Part shown: piece after piece, positions 28,931 through 37,787 of the stretch
Numbering within the stretch: the first letter of the stretch is position 1
Layout: every line of letters starts with the position of its first letter
Assembly: GCA_947623685.1 (NCBI GenBank)
Contig: CANQHF010000006.1
Coordinates: forward strand, 1-55,026
Direction of reading: 5' to 3'
From: an uncultured Bacilli bacterium
Lineage (GTDB): Bacteria > Bacillota_I > Bacilli_A > RF39 > UBA660
DNA length: 55,026 nt
Notes under the pieces: model-generated
What the model saw: the letters and a program-made list of their open reading frames with translations, nothing else
The model's database searches: none
What the model was told of the DNA's origin: nothing
Translations under genes and position numbers: made by a program

Positions 28931-30148
28931 ATGATAAATGAGCCTTTAGCAAACGCATTAAGACCAACTAAATTAAAAGATGTTATTGGTCAAACGCATT
29001 TAATTGGCGATGATAAAGTACTAACTAATATGGTTAAAAATAAAAAAATTTTTTCAATGATTTTATATGGCCCACCAGGAACTGGTAAAACTTCAATTGC
29101 TAATGCAATGGTAAATGAACTAAACATAAAACATAGATTTTTAAATGCAGTTATAAATAATAAAAAAGACTTTGAAATAGTTTTTGAAGAAACTAAAATA
29201 TATGGCAACATCGTATTAGTAGTAGATGAAATACATCGTTTAAACAAAGATAAGCAAGACTTATTACTTCCTTTATTAGAAAATGGTCTAATAACTTTAA
29301 TAGGACTAACCACTTCTAATCCATATCATAAGATTAATCCTGCAATAAGAAGTAGATGTCAAATATTTGAGCTATTACCACTTAGTAAAAGTGAGATAGA
29401 AATTGGAATATTAAAAGCGTCTAAATCATTAAAAGGAATTAAAATAGATGATGATGCTGTAAAATTAATTGCATCAATGAGTAATGGTGATTTTAGGTTT
29501 GCTCTTAATTTGTTAGAAGTAGCATATTATAGTACTTCTAACAAAAAGGTTACAACTGATATTATAAAAGTAATTAATAGTAAAGCAAGTAATCCAATGG
29601 ATGAGGATGAGGCCGGACATTATGATGTATTATCTGCTTTTCAAAAATCAATTAGGGGTTCTGATTGTAACGCTGCCCTTCACTATCTAGCAAGATTAAT
29701 ATCAAGTGGTGATTTAGATAGTATATATAGGCGTATGAGTGTTATTGCGTATGAAGATATAGGACTTGCTAATCCATTAATGGGTGTTAAGGTATCAGCT
29801 TGTATTGATGTTTGTGAAAGATTAGGACTTCCAGAAGCTAGAATACCACTTAGCACAATGGTAATTGATCTTTGCCTTGCACCTAAATCAAACAGTGCGG
29901 TAAAAGCAATTGATTTAGCGCTAGAAGATATTGAAAAGGGAAACATAGGAAAAGTACCACCACATATTAATGCACAAGCATTTGGGTATAAATATCCGCA
30001 TAACTACCCTAATAATTACGTCGTACAACAATATTTACCTGATGAATTAAAAAATAGAGTTTATTATAAACCAAAGAAGAATAAATATGAAAATATGCTT
30101 TCAACAACTTTAAATAACATTGAAAAACTAAAAGAAAAAGAGCGTTAA
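28931..30148 (+). CDS. rarA: Replication-associated recombination protein A (AAA+)
   Basis: PLA..LRP, GPPGTGKT, DEIHR, SAFQKSIRGSD, EDIGLA, YKYPH. Confidence 0.95.
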   Translation: MINEPLANALRPTKLKDVIGQTHLIGDDKVLTNMVKNKKIFSMILYGPPGTGKTSIANAMVNELNIKHRFLNAVINNKKDFEIVFEETKIYGNIVLVVDEIHRLNKDKQDLLLPLLENGLITLIGLTTSNPYHKINPAIRSRCQIFELLPLSKSEIEIGILKASKSLKGIKIDDDAVKLIASMSNGDFRFALNLLEVAYYSTSNKKVTTDIIKVINSKASNPMDEDEAGHYDVLSAFQKSIRGSDCNAALHYLARLISSGDLDSIYRRMSVIAYEDIGLANPLMGVKVSACIDVCERLGLPEARIPLSTMVIDLCLAPKSNSAVKAIDLALEDIEKGNIGKVPPHINAQAFGYKYPHNYPNNYVVQQYLPDELKNRVYYKPKKNKYENMLSTTLNNIEKLKEKER

Positions 30149-30157
30149 GCTCTTTTT

Positions 30158-31399
30158 CTAGTCATTATCATTAAAATACGTATTATCAAACTCATCAATT
30201 GCTTTTTTAAGTTCTTCGTTAACACTTTTTTCTTTTAACTCTTCTTCTTCAGCGTATGATAACATAACCGTCTTTTCTTCTTCATCATTATCTACTTTGG
30301 TATAATAATCTTCATCTTGATCATCATCTAACTTATCTGTTTCATTTAATACGTTATCAGTTATCTTTGGAGCTTCAATCGTTGTTTCGTTTTCAATGTT
30401 ATTTTTTTCTTCTTTTTTATTTATGTTATTTTTATTTTTTCTTTTTCTAATTACTATAAATATTATTAAGCATATAATTAATAATAAAGCAATTAAACCA
30501 TAAACATAAGGCATATTATTCGTTTCGTTTTTCCTTATTATTATTCTATATAAATCAGTACTTCCGTCTTCAGCGGTAACGGTGATTTTTATTATGCTAT
30601 CATTTTTTAAATTTTTGTTACCTTCTATTTCATAAGTGGCTTTAGATGATGATGGAACAACTTTTAAATTAAGTTTGTTATCATCTTTTTTAATGGTTAA
30701 ATAAAAGGTTTTAGATGCATCATCAAAGTTTAAATTATAATTTGATACATTAAGACTTTTAAGTGATGTATCACTTGATTTTAATTCATCTTTTCTTATT
30801 ATTAATAACTTATATACCTTCGTTGTTTCATCTTGAGCTGTAACCGTTATTTTATACTCATTTTCGCCAACTGAAAGTTCATCTGGACCAGTTATTTCAT
30901 ATTTTGCGTTTGAATCATTTAGTTCAACCGTAATATTCGGATAAATAACATCATTATTAAGTTCAATGGTATAATCAGTTTTGCTTTTAATAAAATTCTT
31001 TATTTTTACCCCATCAACTTTTATCCAAGATAAATAACAATCACTTGATTTTTCTTTAGTAGTTGTTGTTGTGGTTGTTGTTTTTTCTTTTACGTTAATA
31101 ATTATCTTATCAACGTATTTAGCATCAGTTGATAATGTTTGTAATACTATTTCATATTCCCCTTTTTCTTGTGCCTTATACACTATATTACCATCTGATT
31201 CTAAAATAGTATTTCCTGCTACTAAATTTAGTTTGGTAGTAACTTCTACTTTTTCTTCCGTTTTAACAGAACAAGTTATGTTTTCACCTACAAATACGCT
31301 TGTTGGATTGCAAGTAATCATTGGAACTTTTGCCTTAACATTTGTTATTAAAAAAAACATACTTATGATAAACAAGGATAAAACTTTAAATTTCTTCAT
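30158..31399 (-). CDS. Surface protein with two cadherin-like beta-sandwich domains, TM and acidic tail
   Basis: Signal peptide, poly-Thr linker, two ITVTA.D.....Y repeats, TM followed by KRK, acidic C-terminus. Confidence 0.8.
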   Translation of the reverse strand: MKKFKVLSLFIISMFFLITNVKAKVPMITCNPTSVFVGENITCSVKTEEKVEVTTKLNLVAGNTILESDGNIVYKAQEKGEYEIVLQTLSTDAKYVDKIIINVKEKTTTTTTTTKEKSSDCYLSWIKVDGVKIKNFIKSKTDYTIELNNDVIYPNITVELNDSNAKYEITGPDELSVGENEYKITVTAQDETTKVYKLLIIRKDELKSSDTSLKSLNVSNYNLNFDDASKTFYLTIKKDDNKLNLKVVPSSSKATYEIEGNKNLKNDSIIKITVTAEDGSTDLYRIIIRKNETNNMPYVYGLIALLLIICLIIFIVIRKRKNKNNINKKEEKNNIENETTIEAPKITDNVLNETDKLDDDQDEDYYTKVDNDEEEKTVMLSYAEEEELKEKSVNEELKKAIDEFDNTYFNDND

Positions 31400-31461
31400 T
31401 TTTTCAACTCCTATTTTACATAAATAATTGTATCATTTAATTTCCTTAAACACAATAGTAT

Positions 31462-32145
31462 TTAATCATCCATTAATACGTTATTTATTACGTAACTTGC
31501 TAATAAAATGCCCGCAGCATTTGGTACGGTTGCAATTGATCCAACCGATTCATTTGTTTTTAATAATGGTAATTCATTAGAACATACAACGGGTAATTTA
31601 TAACTTATTTTTTCCTTTTTTAATTCATGTCTTACTTTTTTTGCTAAAGGATCATTTTTTGTTTTCCAAATGTTTGTTATTTCAAGTTTATCCGGTTTTA
31701 TTCTATTACCCATACCGCAACTGGATATTATTTTTATATTATTACGTAAAGCATATTTAACCATTTCTATTTTAGCTTTAACATCGTCACAGGCATCTAT
31801 TATATAATCGACATTATAATTAATGTCATTAAGTATTTTTACACTTAATTTATCATTAATTATTGTTACGTTACAATTAGGATTAATATCTAGAATCCTT
31901 GTTTTTGCTACTTCTACTTTACTTTCATTTAAGTTACTTCTTAAACTTAAGATTTGTCTATTTAAATTACTTTCTTCAAACGTATCATAATCAACTATTA
32001 TTATGTTATTAACACCAGTTCTAACTAACATTTCAAGGGCTGATGCTCCAACCCCACCAATACCAACGATTAAAACCCTTAAATTACGAATTTTATTAAA
32101 TTTATCATCACTAATAATCTTTGTTATCCTTGAATACTCATTCAT
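31462..32145 (-). CDS. tcdA: ThiF-family tRNA threonylcarbamoyladenosine dehydratase
   Basis: GIGGVG, SNLNRQ, IIDACD, DPLAK. Confidence 0.88.
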   Translation of the reverse strand: MNEYSRITKIISDDKFNKIRNLRVLIVGIGGVGASALEMLVRTGVNNIIIVDYDTFEESNLNRQILSLRSNLNESKVEVAKTRILDINPNCNVTIINDKLSVKILNDINYNVDYIIDACDDVKAKIEMVKYALRNNIKIISSCGMGNRIKPDKLEITNIWKTKNDPLAKKVRHELKKEKISYKLPVVCSNELPLLKTNESVGSIATVPNAAGILLASYVINNVLMDD

Positions 32146-32199
32146 ATAATCACCTAATAAAATTATATATTTTTTAATAAATTATTGCAATAAAAAAGA

Positions 32200-32364
32200 C
32201 CCAATGGGTCGATTACTAGCAAAATAAACCTGCAGTTTTGCAGGTGGGCATCCCACAATGATTTTAGACTTCTTAATATAATTAAGCATGAACACCATCA
32301 CTGATTCTGATTCCCTTTAATAAGTTAGCGGGTTAAATATGCTAGCTTTCGATACCACCAGGCA
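32200..32364 (-). ncRNA. ssrS: 6S RNA
   Basis: Minus strand has Firmicute 6S-like long pairing (GCUAGC..UUUAACCCGC / CCCACCUGC..GCAGGUUUA..GCUAGU); extended -10 TGGTATAAT upstream; GACCCA/TGGGTC + T-run terminator; lies between aspS and tcdA as does B. subtilis bsrA; ends approximate. Confidence 0.85.
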
Positions 32365-32422
32365 ATTATATTATACCATTACAGATGATATTTATACAAT
32401 ATTTAAAACAAATGGTTTACAC

Positions 32423-33070
32423 TTATTCACCAAAACTTGATATAAAATCTTGTATTACTTTAATTATTTTTATAAAACTACTTTCATCATTTAAAATGTC
32501 TAGTTTTTTATCATTTATAACGATTCTAATTGCTGGAATATTACACAAAAGCGATGAAACAGTTATTATTTCATTTTCTTTTTCTTTATTTGGAACGTTA
32601 TTTTCATCTATTTTAACATTATAGCTTAATCCTATCTTTTTTATTTTGTCAATTAATACATCATTACCCCTTAAAGTTTGTCTATTATTTGTTACGATAT
32701 CAATATCCGTATCATCTTTAAAAGTACTAGAATGAATGTCAATTAATACTTTTATGTTATATGCGTTAATTAAGTTAATAACTGCGTTTTTATAATCATT
32801 TTCTAAATCAGTATTAGGGTCAGCGTGGGTAAATAACTCAAATATTGCATATGAGCTCGTTACGTTTGCTAAATATCTAACAACTGCACCAGTGTATTTT
32901 TCAGCATCCCTTACGTCATCACCACGAATTTGATTTACAGAATGAGGAGAAGATAATAAAACTGGAAGATTACCACTTAATACACGGTATTTTTCCTCCG
33001 TCCATACGTTGGTACCAAAATACTCATTATTAGCAAAATCAGATTCTAAAGCTAATATTAAGTCTTTCAT
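32423..33070 (-). CDS. N-formylglutamate amidohydrolase-like / Zn-dependent hydrolase fold protein
   Basis: LLSSPHS and LIDIHS motifs; RBS AGGAAGTG. Confidence 0.55.
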   Translation of the reverse strand: MKDLILALESDFANNEYFGTNVWTEEKYRVLSGNLPVLLSSPHSVNQIRGDDVRDAEKYTGAVVRYLANVTSSYAIFELFTHADPNTDLENDYKNAVINLINAYNIKVLIDIHSSTFKDDTDIDIVTNNRQTLRGNDVLIDKIKKIGLSYNVKIDENNVPNKEKENEIITVSSLLCNIPAIRIVINDKKLDILNDESSFIKIIKVIQDFISSFGE

Positions 33071-33096
33071 ATTATCACTTCCTCGTATAATATATT

Positions 33097-33385
33097 TTGT
33101 AAGTTATTTTAACTTACAATTTAATATTCTTTCTAGTTAGTTTTTTAACTAACAAATTTATTTATTGGCTAGGATACTCTAGTGTTAAAATATTATTGAA
33201 ATATTTTTGACTTAGACTTATTCATTCACATCCTGTAACCCTTTATGGTGTTTACTCAGAAAGACTGTTTCTCTTCTTATTAGTCATATTTCTTCTAACT
33301 CAGATGCTGTTTCTATTTTCTTATTAGTTCGCAGTATCCAAATCCCTAATAGAAAATATGTATTCTAATAACGAGGTTGTCGTAA
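33097..33385 (+). ncRNA. Predicted IS110 bridge RNA
   Basis: LTG TCACATCCT (33226-33234) vs target TCACTTCCT; RTG AAAG (33260-33263) = rc of CTTT; LDG CAGATG(CT) (33301-33308) vs donor CAGATGTCT; RDG ACGAG (33371-33375) = rc of donor CTCGT; each guide pair brackets an internal stem; RNA ends approximate. Confidence 0.8.
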
Positions 33386-33453
33386 GCTAGTAAGCTAGAG
33401 TTGTCGTTGCCAATTTTATTTCACAAAATTTAATTTGAAAGGTGGTGTTATTT

Positions 33454-34734
33454 ATGATTAATTCTTTGTTTATTGGTGTTGATGTTTCACTCCAATCTAA
33501 TCAAATTTGTGTTATGAATTTTGATCAACATAAGTTCTTTAATTTGAAATTTCCTAATACTCCGGATGGTTGTGAAGATGCAATTAATAGAATTAAAAAT
33601 ATTCATGATAAATTCTATTTTGATAAACTTGTGGTTGTTTGTGAAGCCACTGGCATGTATTCTTTTCATTTAGCTTGTTATTTTTCATCACATGAATATC
33701 TTAATAACTTCAATACTGAAGTTTATCAAATTAATGCTCATGACTTTGCTAAATATAAAGATTCATTTAACAATCTTGAAAAGACTGATCATTCTGATGC
33801 TTATATTCTTGCCGACTTTGCGAGAGTCGGTAGAACTAAACCTCTTCATCCTTTTCGTGGTTCTCAATACATTGCTCTTCAACGTTTAACCAGACAAAGA
33901 TATCATATTTCTAAAAATCTTGTTAAAGAAAAACTTTATGTTATGAATAACATTTATTTATCTTTTTCAGGATTGATTATTGCTGACAAGAAGAATAAAC
34001 CTTTTTCTAATATGTTCGGGGCTTCTTCTTGCGCTATTTTTGATAACTTTGACTCTCCAGATCAAATTGCTGAAACCTCTGTTGATGATTTGTTGGATTT
34101 AATTTCTAAAGTTGGGAAAAATCGAACTAAAAACCCAAATGAGAAGATTGTTTTACTTAAAAAAGCTATCAATTCTTCTTATCGATTAGATCAAACTGCC
34201 TATAACGGTATTAATATTGCTGTCGCTTCTTCTTTAAGTACTATTAGATTTTTAGAAAATGAACTTAAACAAGTTGATAAAGCTATTTTAGATACTGTTA
34301 GAGGGTTAAATTCTAATGCTTATAATTCTTTACTTTCTATTCGTGGTATTGGTAAAGTTTATGCTGCTGGTATTTTAGCTGAAATTGGTAATATTAATTA
34401 TTTTAAACATAATTCCAATTTGGCTAAATATGCAGGTCTTTACTGGAATAGAACTCAATCAGGTAAATTTGAAAAAGAAGATAAAAAGTTTTCTCAACAT
34501 GCAAACAAATATCTTCGTTATTACCTAATTGAAGCCACTGCTTCTTGTGTTAGAATGAATTTTCCTTTTATCAAGAATTTTTATGATTCTAAATTTAAGG
34601 AAGTTACTAAACATCAACATAAACGTGCACTCGTTTTATCTGCTCGTAAACTTGTTCGATTGATTTTTGGATTACTGCGAAAAAATCAATATTACAGTCC
34701 TATAAACTCGAATACTCAATCTTTAATAAACTGA
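33454..34734 (+). CDS. IS110 family DEDD transposase/recombinase
   Basis: RuvC-like DEDD (IGVDVS, CEATG, KTDHSDA) and Transposase_20 domain (GIG, AEIG, YAGL, QSG catalytic Ser); ATG 33454 behind GAAAGGTGG. Confidence 0.95.
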   Translation: MINSLFIGVDVSLQSNQICVMNFDQHKFFNLKFPNTPDGCEDAINRIKNIHDKFYFDKLVVVCEATGMYSFHLACYFSSHEYLNNFNTEVYQINAHDFAKYKDSFNNLEKTDHSDAYILADFARVGRTKPLHPFRGSQYIALQRLTRQRYHISKNLVKEKLYVMNNIYLSFSGLIIADKKNKPFSNMFGASSCAIFDNFDSPDQIAETSVDDLLDLISKVGKNRTKNPNEKIVLLKKAINSSYRLDQTAYNGINIAVASSLSTIRFLENELKQVDKAILDTVRGLNSNAYNSLLSIRGIGKVYAAGILAEIGNINYFKHNSNLAKYAGLYWNRTQSGKFEKEDKKFSQHANKYLRYYLIEATASCVRMNFPFIKNFYDSKFKEVTKHQHKRALVLSARKLVRLIFGLLRKNQYYSPINSNTQSLIN

Positions 34735-34878
34735 GTTCGTTGTTATAGCGAACTAATGTTTAGTTTCTAACTAAGCACTTTTTAGCATGCAATAATTTAT
34801 TTGATAAGGGAGAAATTATTTAAAAACTTCCATAACCTTTATCTTGACATATTACCAGATGTCTTTTATTCTAAAATA

Positions 34879-34907
34879 ATTATATATTATTTTAAAGCAA
34901 AACACAA
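34879..34907 (-). promoter_or_regulatory. Orphaned sigma-A promoter of gene 32423-33070, now pointing into the IS110 right end
   Basis: Minus strand TTGTGT(34902-34907)-17-TATAAT(34879-34884), downstream of the aspS terminator. Confidence 0.65.
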
Positions 34908-34914
34908 TAGAATA

Positions 34915-34943
34915 AAAAAGCATATTTTTTAAAATATGCTTTT
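34915..34943 (-). terminator. aspS terminator
   Basis: AAAAAGCATATTT-TTTA-AAATATGCTTTT. Confidence 0.7.
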
Positions 34944-36243
34944 AAGGAGTAATTCTATTTGGTCCCCTAAATATAAACATTGTTTCTTTAAGTGATGGAA
35001 GACCTAGTAATAACATGGTTAATCTATCTATTCCAAGACCAAATCCACCGTGTGGTGGGCAACCATATTTAAAAAAGTTTTTATAAAACTTAATGTCATC
35101 ACCTAAGTTTTTCTCTTTAGCTTGCTTTTCTAAAACATCATATCTATGTTCTCTTTGAGCTCCTGTTGTTAATTCAGTTCCCTTCCATATTAAATCATAA
35201 CCCTGTGGGATATCATCCTTTCTCATATGATAAAATGCCCTTTTTGTTTTATTAAAATCAGTTACAAATATAAATTCATGACCATACTTTTCCATTGCAA
35301 AACGACTAGTAAGCTTTTCGGTTTCAGCGTTCATATCACCAACGTCATGACTAGGTATTTCATAGCCGTATCTTTCATTTAACTCTTTATATAAATCTTG
35401 TAATTTAATTTTTGGGAAAGGTGTTTTTGGAACTACTACGTCTACACCATATAATTTTTTTATTAAATCCCCATATTTTTCTTTAACAGCAGTAAGTCCT
35501 GCAACTAAAAGTTCTTCTTCTAATTTCATAACGTCTTCATAAGAATTAATATTTGCAAACTCTACGTCAAAAGATGTAAATTCAGTTGCATGTCTATTAG
35601 TATTTGAATTTTCCGCACGAAACGCAGGCGCTACTTCAAATACTTTTTCATATCCCGCTGCAATTGCCATTTGCTTATAAAATTGTGGTGACTGTGCTAA
35701 ATATGCTTTATTATTAAAATAGTTTACTTCAAATACTTCACTACCTGATTCTGATGCGGTACCAATTAATTTTGGAGTATGAATTTCAACAAAATCATTA
35801 TCATATAAATACTTTCTCATTGCTCTTACAAATTCACTTTGGATCTTAAATATATAAAAATTAAAATCATTTCTTAAATCAATAAATCTATTATCCATTC
35901 TAGTATCGATTAAAGCAGCATCTTTATCGGTAATACTAATAGGTAATTCTGGTGCGGATAAACTAGTTACTTCAATTTTACTAGGAATTATTTCAATTCC
36001 ACCCATTTTAACTTTGTCATTTTCTTTTAATACACCAGTTACCTTAATCGTTGACTCATTAGTTAAATTATTAACTAATTCAATCATTTCCTTATTTTTT
36101 TCATAAGATTTTTCTATTGTTATTTGAACTCTATTTGCATCATTTCTAAGGACAATAAACTGTACCCATTGAAGGTTTCTTACTTTTTCTGCAAAACCAG
36201 ATATTGTTATTTCCTTATTAACGCATTTTTTAAAATCTATCAT
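34942..36243 (-). CDS. aspS: Aspartyl-tRNA synthetase, short archaeal-type (probably non-discriminating Asp/Asn)
   Basis: 433 aa with no GAD insertion; LAQSPQFYKQ, FRAENSNTNRH, GAQREH, YGCPPHGGFGLG. Confidence 0.9.
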   Translation of the reverse strand: MIDFKKCVNKEITISGFAEKVRNLQWVQFIVLRNDANRVQITIEKSYEKNKEMIELVNNLTNESTIKVTGVLKENDKVKMGGIEIIPSKIEVTSLSAPELPISITDKDAALIDTRMDNRFIDLRNDFNFYIFKIQSEFVRAMRKYLYDNDFVEIHTPKLIGTASESGSEVFEVNYFNNKAYLAQSPQFYKQMAIAAGYEKVFEVAPAFRAENSNTNRHATEFTSFDVEFANINSYEDVMKLEEELLVAGLTAVKEKYGDLIKKLYGVDVVVPKTPFPKIKLQDLYKELNERYGYEIPSHDVGDMNAETEKLTSRFAMEKYGHEFIFVTDFNKTKRAFYHMRKDDIPQGYDLIWKGTELTTGAQREHRYDVLEKQAKEKNLGDDIKFYKNFFKYGCPPHGGFGLGIDRLTMLLLGLPSLKETMFIFRGPNRITP

Positions 36244-36264
36244 TATAATCCTCCATTATTATTT

Positions 36265-37593
36265 TTAATCATTATTCATATGATTTTTTTCATTTATATT
36301 TAATTCGTTTTCATCATATATTTCTTCATTTAAATTTTCATCTAAATAATATATTAATGCATCTAGTGAAATTATGTCTTCATCTTTTGTTTTGGTATTT
36401 TTAATTTTAACTTCATTTTGTTTTAAATCTTCAGAATTTAAAACCATAGTATATTTACAATTTAACCTATCTGCTTGTTTAAATTGAGCCTTTAGACTAC
36501 GATTTAAATAATCAGTTTCAACAATAAAACCATTCATTCTAAGTTCATTCGTTAAATGCATAGCATATTTTTTTTCTTCTTCATTAACGTATAATATAAA
36601 TAAATCAACTGAATTATTAACAGGAATGTTTACGTTTTCATACTCTAAAGCAAGCATTAATCTATCTAGGCCAGATGCAAATCCAATAGCAGCAGTTTCA
36701 GGACCATCTAATTGCTTTACCATACCATTATACCTTCCACCAGCTCCAATAACGTTTTGAGACCCAAATCCTTCTACCTTTGCTTCTATTTCAAAGACGG
36801 TATGATTGTAATAATCAAGTCCTCTTACAACGCTTGGATCAACAACGTATTCAACGCCCATAACTTCTAGATACTCTTTTACTTTTTCAAATCTTTGTTT
36901 AGATTCTTCATTTAAATAATCAATCGTTTTAGGAGCGGTTTTCATAACTTCTTTATCCGAATCTACCTTACAATCAATTATTCTAAGTGGATTCATTTCT
37001 AATCTTTCTTTACAATCATCACATAACTCATTAATATGTGGCTTAAAGTGCTTTATTAATGCCTTACGATAATTATTTCTTGATTCGGTATCTCCAAGTG
37101 AGTTAATATTAACTTTAATTTGTTTTAAACCTAATATCTTATATATATTAACCGCTAGTGATATTATTTCTGCATCAGACATTGGGTCATCTGTTCCTAT
37201 TATTTCACATCCAAACTGGGTAAGTTCTCTTAAACGTCCAGCTTGAGGCCTTTCATAACGATACATTGGCATATTATAATAAAGTTTAGTTGGTTTATCA
37301 TCATTACCATACATTTTATTTTCAATATAACTTCTTACAACTCCTGCGGTTCCTTCTGGCCTTAACGTCATATTTCTTCCACCACGATCAGTAAAATCGT
37401 ACGTTTCTTTAGTTACGATATCAGTGGTTTGTCCAACTCCCCTATGAAATAGTTCGCTAGCTTCGAAAACAGGTACCCGTATAAAATTATAATTATACTT
37501 TTCCATTACTTCATCAATTACTTTAGATACATACTGCCATTTTTTAGCTTCCATTCCATATAAATCTTTAGTTCCCTTTGGTTTTGTTATCAT
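36265..37593 (-). CDS. hisS: Histidyl-tRNA synthetase
   Basis: PKGTKD, LRPEGTA, RYERPQAGR, VRGLDYY, GGRY. Confidence 0.97.
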   Translation of the reverse strand: MITKPKGTKDLYGMEAKKWQYVSKVIDEVMEKYNYNFIRVPVFEASELFHRGVGQTTDIVTKETYDFTDRGGRNMTLRPEGTAGVVRSYIENKMYGNDDKPTKLYYNMPMYRYERPQAGRLRELTQFGCEIIGTDDPMSDAEIISLAVNIYKILGLKQIKVNINSLGDTESRNNYRKALIKHFKPHINELCDDCKERLEMNPLRIIDCKVDSDKEVMKTAPKTIDYLNEESKQRFEKVKEYLEVMGVEYVVDPSVVRGLDYYNHTVFEIEAKVEGFGSQNVIGAGGRYNGMVKQLDGPETAAIGFASGLDRLMLALEYENVNIPVNNSVDLFILYVNEEEKKYAMHLTNELRMNGFIVETDYLNRSLKAQFKQADRLNCKYTMVLNSEDLKQNEVKIKNTKTKDEDIISLDALIYYLDENLNEEIYDENELNINEKNHMNND

Positions 37594-37611
37594 AAAAACT
37601 TTCCTTTCTAT

Positions 37612-37746
37612 AGAAAAAGAGCCTTATTCGTAGGGATGAAGAAAACTCCACGGTGCCACCCTACTTCACTAAGTGCTCTTAATTTAAATAAATAAATTGC
37701 CATGTTTTATTTTAAATGTAAGCTGTCACTTCTTACTAAAACACAT
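37612..37746 (-). promoter_or_regulatory. T-box riboswitch leader of hisS-aspS (unusually short)
   Basis: T-box AGGG-UGGCACC-GUGG at 37648-37662; antiterminator closes with UUCAU-CCCU; alternative terminator GAGUUUU..AAGGCUC + U-run; promoter TTGACT-17-TAAAAT at 37751-37779. Confidence 0.8.
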
Positions 37747-37787
37747 CTATATTTTAATATATTTTTAATGATTAGTCAACTTATCTT

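Larger units (their letters stand above)
33082..34864 (+). mobile_element. Complete IS110-family element (bridge recombinase type), CT core at both ends
   Basis: CT at 33082-33083 and 34863-34864; joining the ends gives TTGACA-17-TATAAT; removing it restores a promoter-RBS-ATG for the flanking gene; no TIRs or TSD; ~370-nt left and ~130-nt right non-coding ends. Confidence 0.9.

Noticed and set aside
33062-33067. GTCTTT shared with the IS right end (34861-34866) as an alternative boundary or TSD
   Set aside because: It lies inside the start of the neighbouring CDS and gives a poor junction -10; the CT-core solution explains the promoter, guides and empty site together.
33331-33338. GCAGTATC resembling the IS621 left donor guide
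   Set aside because: It sits in the apical loop of the inner stem and does not match this element's own donor (CAGATGTCT); treated as coincidence.
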